DNA of 20,935 nucleotides, taken from the NCBI GenBank assembly GCA_003345555.1, contig PRDJ01000051.1, positions 1 through 20,935 of the forward strand, read 5' to 3'. The notes under the pieces are model-generated. The model ran no database searches. It saw only the letters and a list, made by a program, of their open reading frames with translations, and was not told the origin of the DNA. The number at the start of each line of letters is the position of its first letter. Positions within the stretch are counted from its first letter, which is position 1. This DNA is from Candidatus Thorarchaeota archaeon (GTDB taxonomy: Archaea; Asgardarchaeota; Thorarchaeia; Thorarchaeales; Thorarchaeaceae). Shown one piece after another: positions 1 to 9,400 of this stretch. The translations under genes were made by a program, and so were the position numbers.

Positions 1-1914
1 AGCCGAAGCTTTCTCATAGCACTCTCTCGCCGCGGACGCATCCTGTCTGGTGTGATAGTGACGAGCGCGTTCGATCTCTGCCCAGGCCTGCATGTAGATG
101 GAGTGGTCATGAAGGAGGGCCGCCAACTGAGGAATTGTCTCTGCAGATTGCCTGTAATGAACCGCAGCCGACTCGAACCTGTCAACTGCCTTGGTGAAAT
201 CTCCAATTGAGTCGTACGCCCTCGCGGCCTTCCAGTAGGATTCTGCCGCGCGGCTCGGATGACCTGATTTCTTGTACATGTCGGCGGCCTTCTCATATGT
301 CTCCGCGGCTGCCTTCATAATGCTCTGGTCACCCTCGACTTCATAGAGCCGTTCGAGCGTTATGCCGTAGTCGGACACCCATCGACCAAGAAGTCGATAG
401 CGCCAAGGCTCGAATGTCTCATATACCGACATCGCTTTCAAGCTCTCTTCGAGCCCTTCCTTTCTGAGGGCAACCGCTTCATGTAGCATCGCCCTCTTCG
501 CCTCGACGTTGACAGTAATGGACGCCAACTCAAGTTTGGTCTCTGCCAAGAGGTTGAGTTCGGCGCCAAGACCCCAGCCTCCGCGCGGACTGAAGCGACT
601 GATGGTTGCCTTCGATTTCTCTCGGTGTTCCAGAGCGTCCTTCAACAGCTTCTCTTTCTTCTCAGGATCCGACTCTGTTCGGGCGAGGGTCGTCAGGTAG
701 TATCCGCACTCATGATGCGCTGCACGTTGCACCATAGGATACCCCGACTCCTCCGCTAGTCTCATCAAGTCTTGGGATGCTGCAACTGCCTTCTCAGCGA
801 ATTCACGTATCCTGAGAAAATCGAACCCAAAATAGGCACGAATGCCATAGAGGCCAGCATATGGGACCTCGGTCCATATCTCGCCGTCAACATAGGGTAC
901 CCGAAATGACAATATCGAGGACTCCTTCTGTGAAGCTTGTGAATATTGAAGAGCCTGATTGAAGTTGTATTCTAGCTCGTCGGAGTCCTGTGCTCTCAAC
1001 TGTCTCCAATTCCATTCCGCAGCCAGACAGCTGAGAACACCACACCGTGCAAGGACGTCTCTGGTCTTCTTGGCATGCTCAAATCCTTTCAGAAGAAGTC
1101 CCATGTACTCTTCTGTGCCTGTCTCAATCCCTGGAGGATTGGGCGGAGCTGTACCCATCAAGAATGCCATAAGGTTCGCCGCGGCAATCTCTTGGGAGAT
1201 ATCACTTGCCCTCTTCCAGTATTCGAGGGCCCTCTTGTGGTACTTCGGGACATCCTTCCATTCGCAAAGCCAGGCGTACTCTTCGAGGGGCACAGATGCG
1301 TTTGCATATGTCGCCGCCAACTCGCCAGACTCGAGAGTGGTCGAGAGGGATTCAACCGCAAGTTGGCCACATTCCATTACCGATCTCACGATTTCTTCTC
1401 TTGCTTTGAAGTCCTCGCCGTATGAATAGGCTAGCCCCGCACTTGAAGATAGAAGATTGAAGGTTCTAACGTAATTGTGCTTGTCTCCGGCCTTGTCAAA
1501 GGCAGCTAGCGATTCCTTCGCCAACCTCCAGCTATCATTGGTCGTCTTCTTCCTCTCAGCGAGCTCCGAAGTCAACCAGTAGTTCAGGAACGCGATCATT
1601 GAGTCGCAGCGACGCTGATAGGGCAGAGATTCCCTGCCTTCGATTCCAATGTACCTGTCTCTTGCCTTTGAGTACTGAGAGATAGCGGTGTTCAATCGTT
1701 CTCTGAACTCCTCGTTTGTATCAGCCTGAAACGCGAATCTGAACGACGCATGAGCTCTCGCTTCCTCAATCTCACCTCGCTGCAAAGGACCAAGCGTTGG
1801 ATGGCTTTCTAGAATCCTGGCGTAGGTTCCAGACGCAGTCGCCCAACTGTATTCCCTCTCCTGACTCTTCGCATGATTCAGAAGAGATGGCAGGTCGCTA
1901 TTCTCTTCAGCCAT
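1..1914 (-). CDS. Large alpha-helical repeat (TPR/SNAP-like) protein, 3'-truncated by the window edge (638 codons visible)
   Basis: Not in the ORF track because there is no stop inside the window. Hand translation from ATG at 1914 (preceded by GGGGAT) is open to base 1: MAEENSDLPSLLNHAKSQEREYSW...AETYEKAADMYKKSGHPSRAAESYWKAARAYDSIGDFTKAVDRFESAAVHY...QAWAEIERARHYH. The A/Y/E/K-rich amphipathic helices are typical of TPR/SNAP-like repeats. Confidence 0.85.
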   Translation of the reverse strand, partial: MAEENSDLPSLLNHAKSQEREYSWATASGTYARILESHPTLGPLQRGEIEEARAHASFRFAFQADTNEEFRERLNTAISQYSKARDRYIGIEGRESLPYQRRCDSMIAFLNYWLTSELAERKKTTNDSWRLAKESLAAFDKAGDKHNYVRTFNLLSSSAGLAYSYGEDFKAREEIVRSVMECGQLAVESLSTTLESGELAATYANASVPLEEYAWLCEWKDVPKYHKRALEYWKRASDISQEIAAANLMAFLMGTAPPNPPGIETGTEEYMGLLLKGFEHAKKTRDVLARCGVLSCLAAEWNWRQLRAQDSDELEYNFNQALQYSQASQKESSILSFRVPYVDGEIWTEVPYAGLYGIRAYFGFDFLRIREFAEKAVAASQDLMRLAEESGYPMVQRAAHHECGYYLTTLARTESDPEKKEKLLKDALEHREKSKATISRFSPRGGWGLGAELNLLAETKLELASITVNVEAKRAMLHEAVALRKEGLEESLKAMSVYETFEPWRYRLLGRWVSDYGITLERLYEVEGDQSIMKAAAETYEKAADMYKKSGHPSRAAESYWKAARAYDSIGDFTKAVDRFESAAVHYRQSAETIPQLAALLHDHSIYMQAWAEIERARHYHTRQDASAARECYEKASA

Positions 1915-2144
1915 ATCCCCAGACTCGAAGGCGAATCGTCGTTCCTTCCCTATGAGCCTTTGCTGGTCGCAACTGAATTTGAGCTCAGACAGGTTTAATT
2001 CGACGCTAGAATTGCCGCCTCGAAACCCATGAAATCTCACGACCGCTGCCTTGAGAAAAGACCATATTCGGGCAGGATGATAGCGGGGAAGCTAGGAGGA
2101 TGTGGTCATAGTATCGACAATCCGATCAGGTCTTCGAGAGGGAG

Positions 2145-2930
2145 ATGACAATGACTCGTAAGCGCGATGTGCTTCGAGACCGAGTGAGAAGGGCCTGTTT
2201 CAGGGAAGGGGCCGTTGCCTTCGGAATTGCATCTGTCGCTGATGTGGACAATCTTCCGAGGATCAAGCTCAGGCCAACGGTGAAGAAGATCACAGGAGCG
2301 AAGTCGTCCTTCACCAAGAAGCCGACTGACGTTATGCCTGAGGCCAAGAGCATGATTGTCTTCGGAATCCTGTCGATTGACGATTCTTTTGAGCTCGGCG
2401 TGCGCATACGACGAGACGAGTTTGACTGGCCTGGTTATAGTCCTTTGTGGTCGATGCGGCACTATGCGGCACAACCTCTCAAGCACGAGGGTTATCGCGT
2501 TGCGTATCCATTCGAGTCAACTGCGTGCAACTCGTACAAGAGGGTACTCAGGCTCGCAGGGATAGGGGCCTTCGGGAAGAACTCGTTGATAATCTCGCCC
2601 AAGTATGGTCCATGGCTCAGATTCGGATATTTCTTGACTGATGCTGACCTCGAACCTGACAAACCTTTCGAGGAGGATCTTTGTGGCGACTGTAATCGGT
2701 GCGTCGAGGCGTGCCCAGCTGGAGCACTGAAGCCATACGTCGTCGACTCTGAGAGATGTCTTGTTGGCGTACACTGTCGTTCCAGGATTCCCGAAGCGGT
2801 GCGGCCCTTGCTAGTCAAGTACGAGCCTCAGTTGACGCCCTTGACGCATGTGATGTGCACAAGATGTCAGATAGCGTGTCCCTACACTCCCGCTGAGCGC
2901 CGCAAGAACGTGATTACGAATAGAAGCTGA
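2145..2930 (+). CDS. QueG (epoxyqueuosine reductase)-family / reductive-dehalogenase-like 2x[4Fe-4S] protein
   Basis: CGDCNRCVEACP, a lone Cys (ERCL) and CTRCQIACP give the 8-Cys two-cluster layout. The motif LAGIGAFGKNSLIISPKYGPWLRFGYFLTD and the N-terminal FGIA...PEAKSMIVFG are typical of the family. SD-like GAGGGAG at 2138-2144; the start may be ATG 2151. Confidence 0.85.
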   Translation: MTMTRKRDVLRDRVRRACFREGAVAFGIASVADVDNLPRIKLRPTVKKITGAKSSFTKKPTDVMPEAKSMIVFGILSIDDSFELGVRIRRDEFDWPGYSPLWSMRHYAAQPLKHEGYRVAYPFESTACNSYKRVLRLAGIGAFGKNSLIISPKYGPWLRFGYFLTDADLEPDKPFEEDLCGDCNRCVEACPAGALKPYVVDSERCLVGVHCRSRIPEAVRPLLVKYEPQLTPLTHVMCTRCQIACPYTPAERRKNVITNRS

Positions 2931-3250
2931 ATCGAGCTCTGCACAGTCGGACATGATGAACGAGTTCCATGCCGGAAAGAACTGATATGCGGCTCAGGTT
3001 GCCTGGGTCTGGCGGATTGCTCGCCGCGCTCGCTCCCTCATGTTCAAACTAGCCGGTCCGTCTCGGAAAAGACCATAGGAGATGAAGGGCTGAAAAAGAG
3101 AGGCAAAACGAGTTTAGCTCGGTGAAGTAATGCCCTGATTGAAGAAAGGCTAGTGCTCCCGTTTCAACCACGGCTCCTTTGGAACTCTTTCGCCAGATCT
3201 TGGAGACCGAGGGGGTAAGTATTCATCCTGAAATCGCATATCCAGTACTC

Positions 3251-4405
3251 ATGGAGCCGACTGTTCACAGGACGAGCACCGCCAATGAGACTGTCTCCTT
3301 GAGGCGGAGATTCGACAAGAAGATTCTACTTGTGTTCGCTCTCCTTGCATCGATATCCATCCTCATTCCATGTGCTTCATATTTCCTGGTCGAAGACTTC
3401 TCAGGTTTCGAAGTGGTTTCCGCAATCGTGGGCGGGCTGACCGTCTCCTTCCTGATCGTTGGGATCCCGATCTATGTTCACTACAGGAGCAGCGGTATCG
3501 TCTCGAGAAGAGGCATTCTGAGATGGATGGCGGTCTTTTCCGCTTGCGCCACGACAATCATCGTCATCTTCATTGGGATTGCGGCCGTCTACTACCCAGA
3601 TCTCGTCCAGCTAGGTATCTTCACGGCAGGAGAGCTCGTGGTTGCTGGAGTCGCCATAGTAATCGCATTGTTCGTCGTGTTCCTCTTCTTCTGTCTAGCA
3701 CTATACCTTGCGGCTATTGGAGCCGTCGGGGTCTTGTCTGCTATTGAGAGGCTTTTCACCCCACGGGTCATGAAAGAGGTTGCGCGCCTGAGCGGCAATA
3801 TCAAGTTGTCCCTGATCGACCGCGCGATCAGATGGCTCTTCGATATCCCTGATGTTCTCGACACGAAGACGCTCAGCCTGAGCCCGACGGAATCCCGAAG
3901 AGGCATTACGCTGTCGGACCTAAGAGCTCCGGTCTTCTGGCAGCTCCTCTTCGGATTCGTAATGGGGATCTACGTCAGCTTCAATCCATTCGTCTCTGAT
4001 AGGTCTCCCGCGGCCCTGCTCAATCTGTTCTCACTGCTCACAACTGCGTCGCTGCTCTTCCCATTCCTGATCCTACCGTGGTTCCTTCTGAGGAAGCTCG
4101 GGGCGAGCATCAGTGGCCAAGCGAAGCAGTTCACGCTGTACAACGGCCTCAGGTCGAGGATGTTCCAGAGCTACTTTGCTGTCGGGACCCTCTTCATACT
4201 TGTCAGGGTTTCCGTTCAGGAAATAGCTGTCGCATTCGAGGTCTATGTGGTTGCGTTCGCCACCTTCATGCTCGTGCTGCTCGGGTCAGCGCTCCTATCG
4301 ACATTCGTGTATCTCAACTACTTTGAAAACGCGCTCGCGGAGGACATAGCCAAGGATTTGGAGGGAACCGAGGTTCGAGTAATCGCGAGAGAGCCCATTG
4401 GTTGA
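3251..4405 (+). CDS. Hypothetical multi-pass membrane protein (gene X)
   Basis: ORF track 3179-4405 (TTG). ATG 3251 is preferred because it gives nearly the same N-terminal length as the paralog fragment starting at 6322. About 9 hydrophobic segments; no recognised family. Confidence 0.8.
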   Translation: MEPTVHRTSTANETVSLRRRFDKKILLVFALLASISILIPCASYFLVEDFSGFEVVSAIVGGLTVSFLIVGIPIYVHYRSSGIVSRRGILRWMAVFSACATTIIVIFIGIAAVYYPDLVQLGIFTAGELVVAGVAIVIALFVVFLFFCLALYLAAIGAVGVLSAIERLFTPRVMKEVARLSGNIKLSLIDRAIRWLFDIPDVLDTKTLSLSPTESRRGITLSDLRAPVFWQLLFGFVMGIYVSFNPFVSDRSPAALLNLFSLLTTASLLFPFLILPWFLLRKLGASISGQAKQFTLYNGLRSRMFQSYFAVGTLFILVRVSVQEIAVAFEVYVVAFATFMLVLLGSALLSTFVYLNYFENALAEDIAKDLEGTEVRVIAREPIG

Positions 4406-4422
4406 CTTTCAGCCAAGTATCT

Positions 4423-4445
4423 CGGGTTGAATCCGGCTCAACCCG
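4423..4445. terminator. Hairpin between convergent stop codons (possible bidirectional terminator)
   Basis: CGGGTTGA-ATCCGGC-TCAACCCG: perfect 8-bp stem and 7-nt loop, lying between the stop of X (4405) and the old stop of Y-fragment A (4449). No oligo-T tail. Confidence 0.4.
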
Positions 4446-4448
4446 TAC

Positions 4449-4661
4449 TCACAGTGTCAAGAAGCATGTTAGTAGATTGTCTGACGGACCACCGATGTAG
4501 AAAACGCTCGAACCGTCAAGGACGTCTCGATGGCCGTTCTGTTGACGACCACGACTCCGAACGGGAACTCCTGCGCGCCTTTGGTGCTCCAACTGTCCTC
4601 GACCACATAGAATGACGACTCGTTAAGGGCACTCCCTTCCCTCAGGTCGTAAGGCAGCCCT
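4449..4661 (-). pseudogene. Copy A of the 3' end of gene Y (C-terminal ~70 codons including stop), frameshifted
   Basis: Aligns to 19178-19391 (about 76% nt, 51 differences in 213 by hand). Reads GLPYDLREGSALNESSFYVVEDSWSTKGAQEFPFGVVVVNRTAIE, then a 1-nt deletion near 4525, then VLDGSSVFYIGGPSDNLLTCFLTL*. 4562-4594 matches 19292-19324 at 32/33. Confidence 0.93.
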
Positions 4662-4785
4662 CTATGAAGAGGATACCGTCTATCAGGCGATGGGCTCCGA
4701 CTTGTAAATGAACGGCGAGAGGAGGAAGCGCAAGAACCAATGGATTATCTATCAGACAACGCATTGGCAACTCGAGGGAACGGCG

Positions 4786-5856
4786 ATGGGGGACGTAGCT
4801 CAGCGAAGTCTCGGCACGAATGGTGACGATCCGAAGGGCGATGAAGCATCATCCTCCGATGACTCGGACGAGTCGCCACGGATTACGAAAACAACCAAGA
4901 GGACCAGACCAAGGTGGTTGATGCCAGCTCTAGCTGTGGCAATCGCCGCAGTGTTGATCGTCTCCGTCCTTATCATCTACTACATACCATCGCAAACGGA
5001 TCGGAGCCTCACCATCGAGAACCAAAGCGTGTCTCTCTCGGGAATCGAGATCTTCAAACCTGAGGACAAGGTCTCAAATCCGAACGCAGGGGATCCGAGT
5101 TATGTGTATCTCTTCATCGGAAAGGAAGCCGTCGACTTGAGCGGGCCGGAGATTCGGACATCGGAATGCTACTACTTGGAGAACGCTAGCATAACCCAGG
5201 TGGAAGAGGACGTTGAACAGCATCTCGAGGATGGGTTTCAGGTCGAGGTGAATTCCCACCTGTCGTACTCAGTTGGGATCGAGGATTTTGAGGACGAGGT
5301 TGACCTTGCCGTCGTGAGGCTCAGAGAGGTAGATGGCATGATCGCATCAAGCTTCATATTTGTCGCAACCGGGAGCGGCGTCGCGCACGATGTCACCATT
5401 TCTGCAATACGCGATGGGGTGCGCGAAGGCAACTCGACCCCCATACATATTGAGTGCGCAGAGGAGCCCATAACCGCAATAGAGGCAACGATGCACCTCG
5501 AGGATGTTTCAGGGGGTCACAAGGGCGTGATCGACCAGATCTCTCCGTCCATAAGCTGGAGCCAGGTCCGCATAGATCTCACCGAAAGACGAACGGGCGG
5601 TGATCTTGCGACGGCGGTTTGGTCACCGAGCCAATCGGACCTTGATGGCGGGACCATCATCAGTCAGTCATACCTGAGCGCCATACCTGATTCTGTGAAC
5701 GTCAATCTGACGATCACAGACATCTTAGGAGACGGACACGTGAGTGCGGGAGACTACTTGACTGTGATCGCGGAAGGTCAAGGGTTCGACCCCAGCTGCA
5801 CCTACACTCTGTCATTCTACTTCGGCTCGCTCCAGTTCCTTGAGGTCGAATTCTGA
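4786..5856 (+). CDS. Single-pass membrane-anchored surface protein; C-terminal domain resembles archaeal pilin-like globular domains
   Basis: ORF track 4708-5856; ATG 4786 follows GAGGGAA. Acidic then basic N-terminal tail, TM helix WLMPALAVAIAAVLIVSVLIIYYI, extracellular region ending ...ISWSQVRIDL...VWSPSQSDLDGGT...ITDILGDGHVSAGDYLTV...TYTLSFYF. The domain call is from recalled motif similarity only. Confidence 0.8.
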   Translation: MGDVAQRSLGTNGDDPKGDEASSSDDSDESPRITKTTKRTRPRWLMPALAVAIAAVLIVSVLIIYYIPSQTDRSLTIENQSVSLSGIEIFKPEDKVSNPNAGDPSYVYLFIGKEAVDLSGPEIRTSECYYLENASITQVEEDVEQHLEDGFQVEVNSHLSYSVGIEDFEDEVDLAVVRLREVDGMIASSFIFVATGSGVAHDVTISAIRDGVREGNSTPIHIECAEEPITAIEATMHLEDVSGGHKGVIDQISPSISWSQVRIDLTERRTGGDLATAVWSPSQSDLDGGTIISQSYLSAIPDSVNVNLTITDILGDGHVSAGDYLTVIAEGQGFDPSCTYTLSFYFGSLQFLEVEF

Positions 5857-5898
5857 ACGGGCTCCCGGAGGGCTTTGCCTCCTCTGATCGTGCCGGCT

Positions 5899-6093
5899 TC
5901 AGTGCCTCCCCTTCCTCATGAACGTGAACGCAGCGCCCAACGCCACAGCGACCACTACTACGCCAATCAACACCCAGGTGGTCGTCGCTATGCCTGCTTC
6001 ATGTCCGGGCGAAGTCACCGTAATCACGACCACGTCCGTGTCGGTGAGCCCTCCCTGATCCCTGACGGTGAGCGTGACAGAGTATTCTCCGGC
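5899..6093 (-). pseudogene. Orphan 3' end of a PKD-domain surface protein with C-terminal TM anchor
   Basis: Hand translation (not in ORF track): AGEYSVTLTVRDQGGLTDTDVVVITVTSPGHEAGIATTTWVLIGVVVVAVALGAAFTFMRKGRH* (TGA 5899-5901). This is the terminal PKD strands plus a hydrophobic helix and basic tail. There is an in-frame TAG upstream at 6145-6147 and no plausible start. Confidence 0.8.
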
Positions 6094-6109
6094 AACTCGA
6101 ATTTCCAGA

Positions 6110-6322
6110 TAAGCCGCATACGAAGAAGGACAAGGTGATCCCTGCTAGCAGTGTCCCAGCAAGTTGGTCAATCGGGCCGGCGTCAAGAGCGAAATACGAG
6201 GCTGCCACCAAGGCGCTGGAGATGATGACGAGACTCAAGAAGAGAATCAGGAGCCGTTGATCCACTCTCAGTCTGCTCATCTCAGCTTTGAATGGCGAGC
6301 CGTCCTTCGTTCTCTGAGACAT
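6110..6322 (-). pseudogene. Truncated 5' part of a paralog of membrane protein X
   Basis: DQRLLILFLSLVIISSALVAASYFALDAGPIDQLAGTLLAGITLSFFVCG aligns ungapped with X DKKILLVFALLASISILIPCASYFLVEDFSGFEVVSAIVGGLTVSFLIVG (15/50 identical; ASYF and G-x-T-x-SF conserved). The ORF-track frame (5999-6322) then degenerates. Confidence 0.7.
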
Positions 6323-6419
6323 GATGTAGGCCTCCCATACGCATCAACAGAGCATACTCTGAGACCGTTGCGCGAGAGCATAGTCACGGTTGCCTTAGGC
6401 TGCGCTGTCCGAGAGACGG

Positions 6420-9400
6420 TCACACGGGAATTGAATCTACCACTGTCACAGTCTTGGAGACTGTGGCCCCCACGTTCCCAGCCCCATCAATGGCATATGC
6501 ATAGATGGTGTACTTCCCGACCGAGGGGAATTCATATATAACATGTGTACCGCCTGGATTGAATGATCCTGTATCCCCAACCCTATACCATATCGATGCA
6601 ACACCACTGCCAGGAGACGGATCTGTTGCAGTAATGTCAGCGTAGACTCCGAGCAGCCACTTGCCGTGGTAGCTCTGCCCTACCAGCGCGATTGATGTGG
6701 TAGGACCTATTGTGTCTTCCTCAGTCTGGACTGTGGTCGAGGCTGTCGCTTGTGCGCCCAGACTGTCGGTGACTGTCAGCCAGATCGTGTGCGGACCACT
6801 GGAAGAGTAGGTATGCGACGATTTCACGCCATAAGTTACAGCAGCGTCACCCCACGCCCACTGGTAGGTGACAATGACCCCGTCCGGATCGTAGGATGCA
6901 GTTGCGTCGACGTCCACTCTCAAGCCCGCTGGCGTAGCAGTGAACAATGCGACTGGAGGCTGGTTGACCGGCGGACCTACTGAAGGATAGGGCTCTCCGA
7001 CGACCAAATCATCCCAGTATGCCCAGCCGCTCTCGCCACTCAGCGGAGTACCCTTCGATCCGAGAGAGAACGAGTATCCTGCAGGGTCGCCTGATTTCAT
7101 CGCATATGGTCCCTTGCCACCATCATCGCCCCACGCCTCGTCCAACATGACCAGGTAGTTGTTCGTCGAAGGATGCACCTTGATGACTATCCTGTGCCAG
7201 ACACTGGTGCTGGCAAAGTCTGATATCAAGATGAGGCCGTTGGCTGTGTTGGCATATAGGGCACTCTTGCCGGTCGCCGTGTTGAGTTTGTTGACCAGTT
7301 CTACCTTGCCGTCATCAAAGATCACCATGTAGTAGTTGGTGCCGACTGCGCCGCAATAGTAGTTCATCGTGGCCATGTAGTCCTTTCCTCTGTTGATTCC
7401 AATTGATGGACTGGTTAGCCTCACCTTGTTTGTGGGATCCGGGTAGTAGACCAACAGGGAAGAATCAGGGCCTATCCAGATATCGTCTGCATGCATCTTC
7501 ACGTTTCTGGCTTCTGCTCTGAAGCCGATGGTATCTATCCAGTTGTTTGTCCATGGCGCTGACCCGAGCATGCCTGCGCTCTGGATGAACACAGTTCCGC
7601 CTTGAATCGAATAGTTGCCGTTTGTAGGCCATATGCTAAGTGTCAGCGAGCACCACCCAGTTCCAACCGTGGAAATTGTGTGCCAACCGCTGTTGTCGCG
7701 GTAGCTCAACCACCCGTTGTTGATTGACAGATGGATTCTGTCAGTCGATCCCTGCCTCAGCAACAAGCTCGCATCCCCTGAGACGAGCGTGGGAGTCCTG
7801 AACACCAAACGAGCTACGAAATGACTCGACTGATGGGTGAACATGCGGAATGCAGAGGCTCCGCCCTGCGTACTGGTCTTTGTGACCTGGAGAGCGGGCG
7901 CCCCGCTGGGAGTTCCGCTTATTGCCTTGTCGACGTAGACGTCGCCACCCGACCGGTCTACTGTCCAGTCGCCAAGTGAATAGTCTCCGAAATTCTCCTT
8001 CATCGCTCCAGTGTCACTCATCGTGGTCGCCAGCGCGGCTTGACCGAGTGTACCAGAGTATGACATCCCCCAGCTCGAAAGGAACCCTCCGTTGAAGTCT
8101 TCCTTGAACAGCTGAACCTTGTTGTGATCGAACTTGAACGTCAATCCCTCGACCGCGATGGGGGTCTGCTCGTTGTTGTTCTCGTTCTCGAAGACAACCT
8201 CAGCTACAACGGTGAGGTAGTGAGCGTAGTTGAAGAGCGCGGTGAGATCTGTCGAGGTGAGTCTCCATTTCAGCAATGGGGCAGACCATACATCGGAGGC
8301 TTGGCCCATTACGTTCGTAACTCCGTCCTTGGCGACGTTCGACGCCATCCCACCATCCTCCCAGGTCTCGGCGTCATCTGCAACAGTCTGGGCACTTCGC
8401 TCCGCGGCCTTGTACTTCTGGCATAGCTGGTATGTATCATAGAGGAACCCGCCAGCTGCCATCACCGCCCCCGCCCCAGGGATTGCCCCAACACCAATCT
8501 TGACCACTGTGACTATGCCTGATGCGAGCACCTGATTCTTGTAGTCCGCGTACGGGTTCTCAGGTGGAGAGTTGCTGATAGAATTGATGTTCGATCCTCC
8601 CCAGATCTCGTTGTCCTGTCCTGTGACGTGGATGGACGCAAACCCGTCATGCATTGTGGTTGTTCCGTCGCTCATGGTCTTGATGAAATACACGTTGACT
8701 CGGTCGATGTCGTAGAGGTTCCCCACGGAGGCGAGAATGTTCATCTTCTTGTCATAGACGACCGTGTTCCGAGGCCCTATCGCGCCGGCATAGTCAATCA
8801 GCTTGAGGTATTTTGACCCGAATTGATTCTGAACACCCATCTCAAAAGTCGGATACCATATCCTGTCCTTCCTGCTGCTGTATGAGTACTCGAGAGTTAT
8901 CTCCTTGTAGAAGAATTGGATGTGCGGAGTTTGCACGGAGAATTCCTCATCAGGGTACATGGTGACCCAAAGGTCTACTCCGAAAGTCTGTACCTTGCCA
9001 CCGGTGGTTGTGGCTCTGTCCCACCATATTATCAGATGATTCGTAAGGTACATTCCGTACTTCACCGTCACCGTCCCTTTCATATCCGTCCAGTACGGAG
9101 CGACTACCCCGTTTGGCAGTCCAGGATCGGATATCCCACCTACCGGGTTCGTATACATCAGATCAGTCGTCTTTGAGCCGACAGGAATATCCGGTCCGCC
9201 GAAGACAATGAAGCCGTTTGCGCAGACGAAGACCTGGTTGTAGGCCTTGCCGTAGAAACGGAAGTAGGTATTCTCGCCCCCCCATTGCGGAAACTGGATC
9301 ATGACCCCTTCTTCCTCGCCCAGTGTCACGCTGGTAGGATAGGGAGGAAGAAGTTCGGGACCAGTACCAACGCTGTAGTAGGAATAACCGGTCTTCCCGT

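Noticed and set aside
959-1429. Plus-strand ORFs 959-1429 and 1075-1425
   Set aside because: Antisense to the uninterrupted TPR-like frame; no recognisable motifs.
2931-3250. Intergenic region as possible tRNA, ncRNA or IS remnant
   Set aside because: No cloverleaf, terminal inverted repeats or recognisable protein fragment on either strand; only a 4-bp hairpin.
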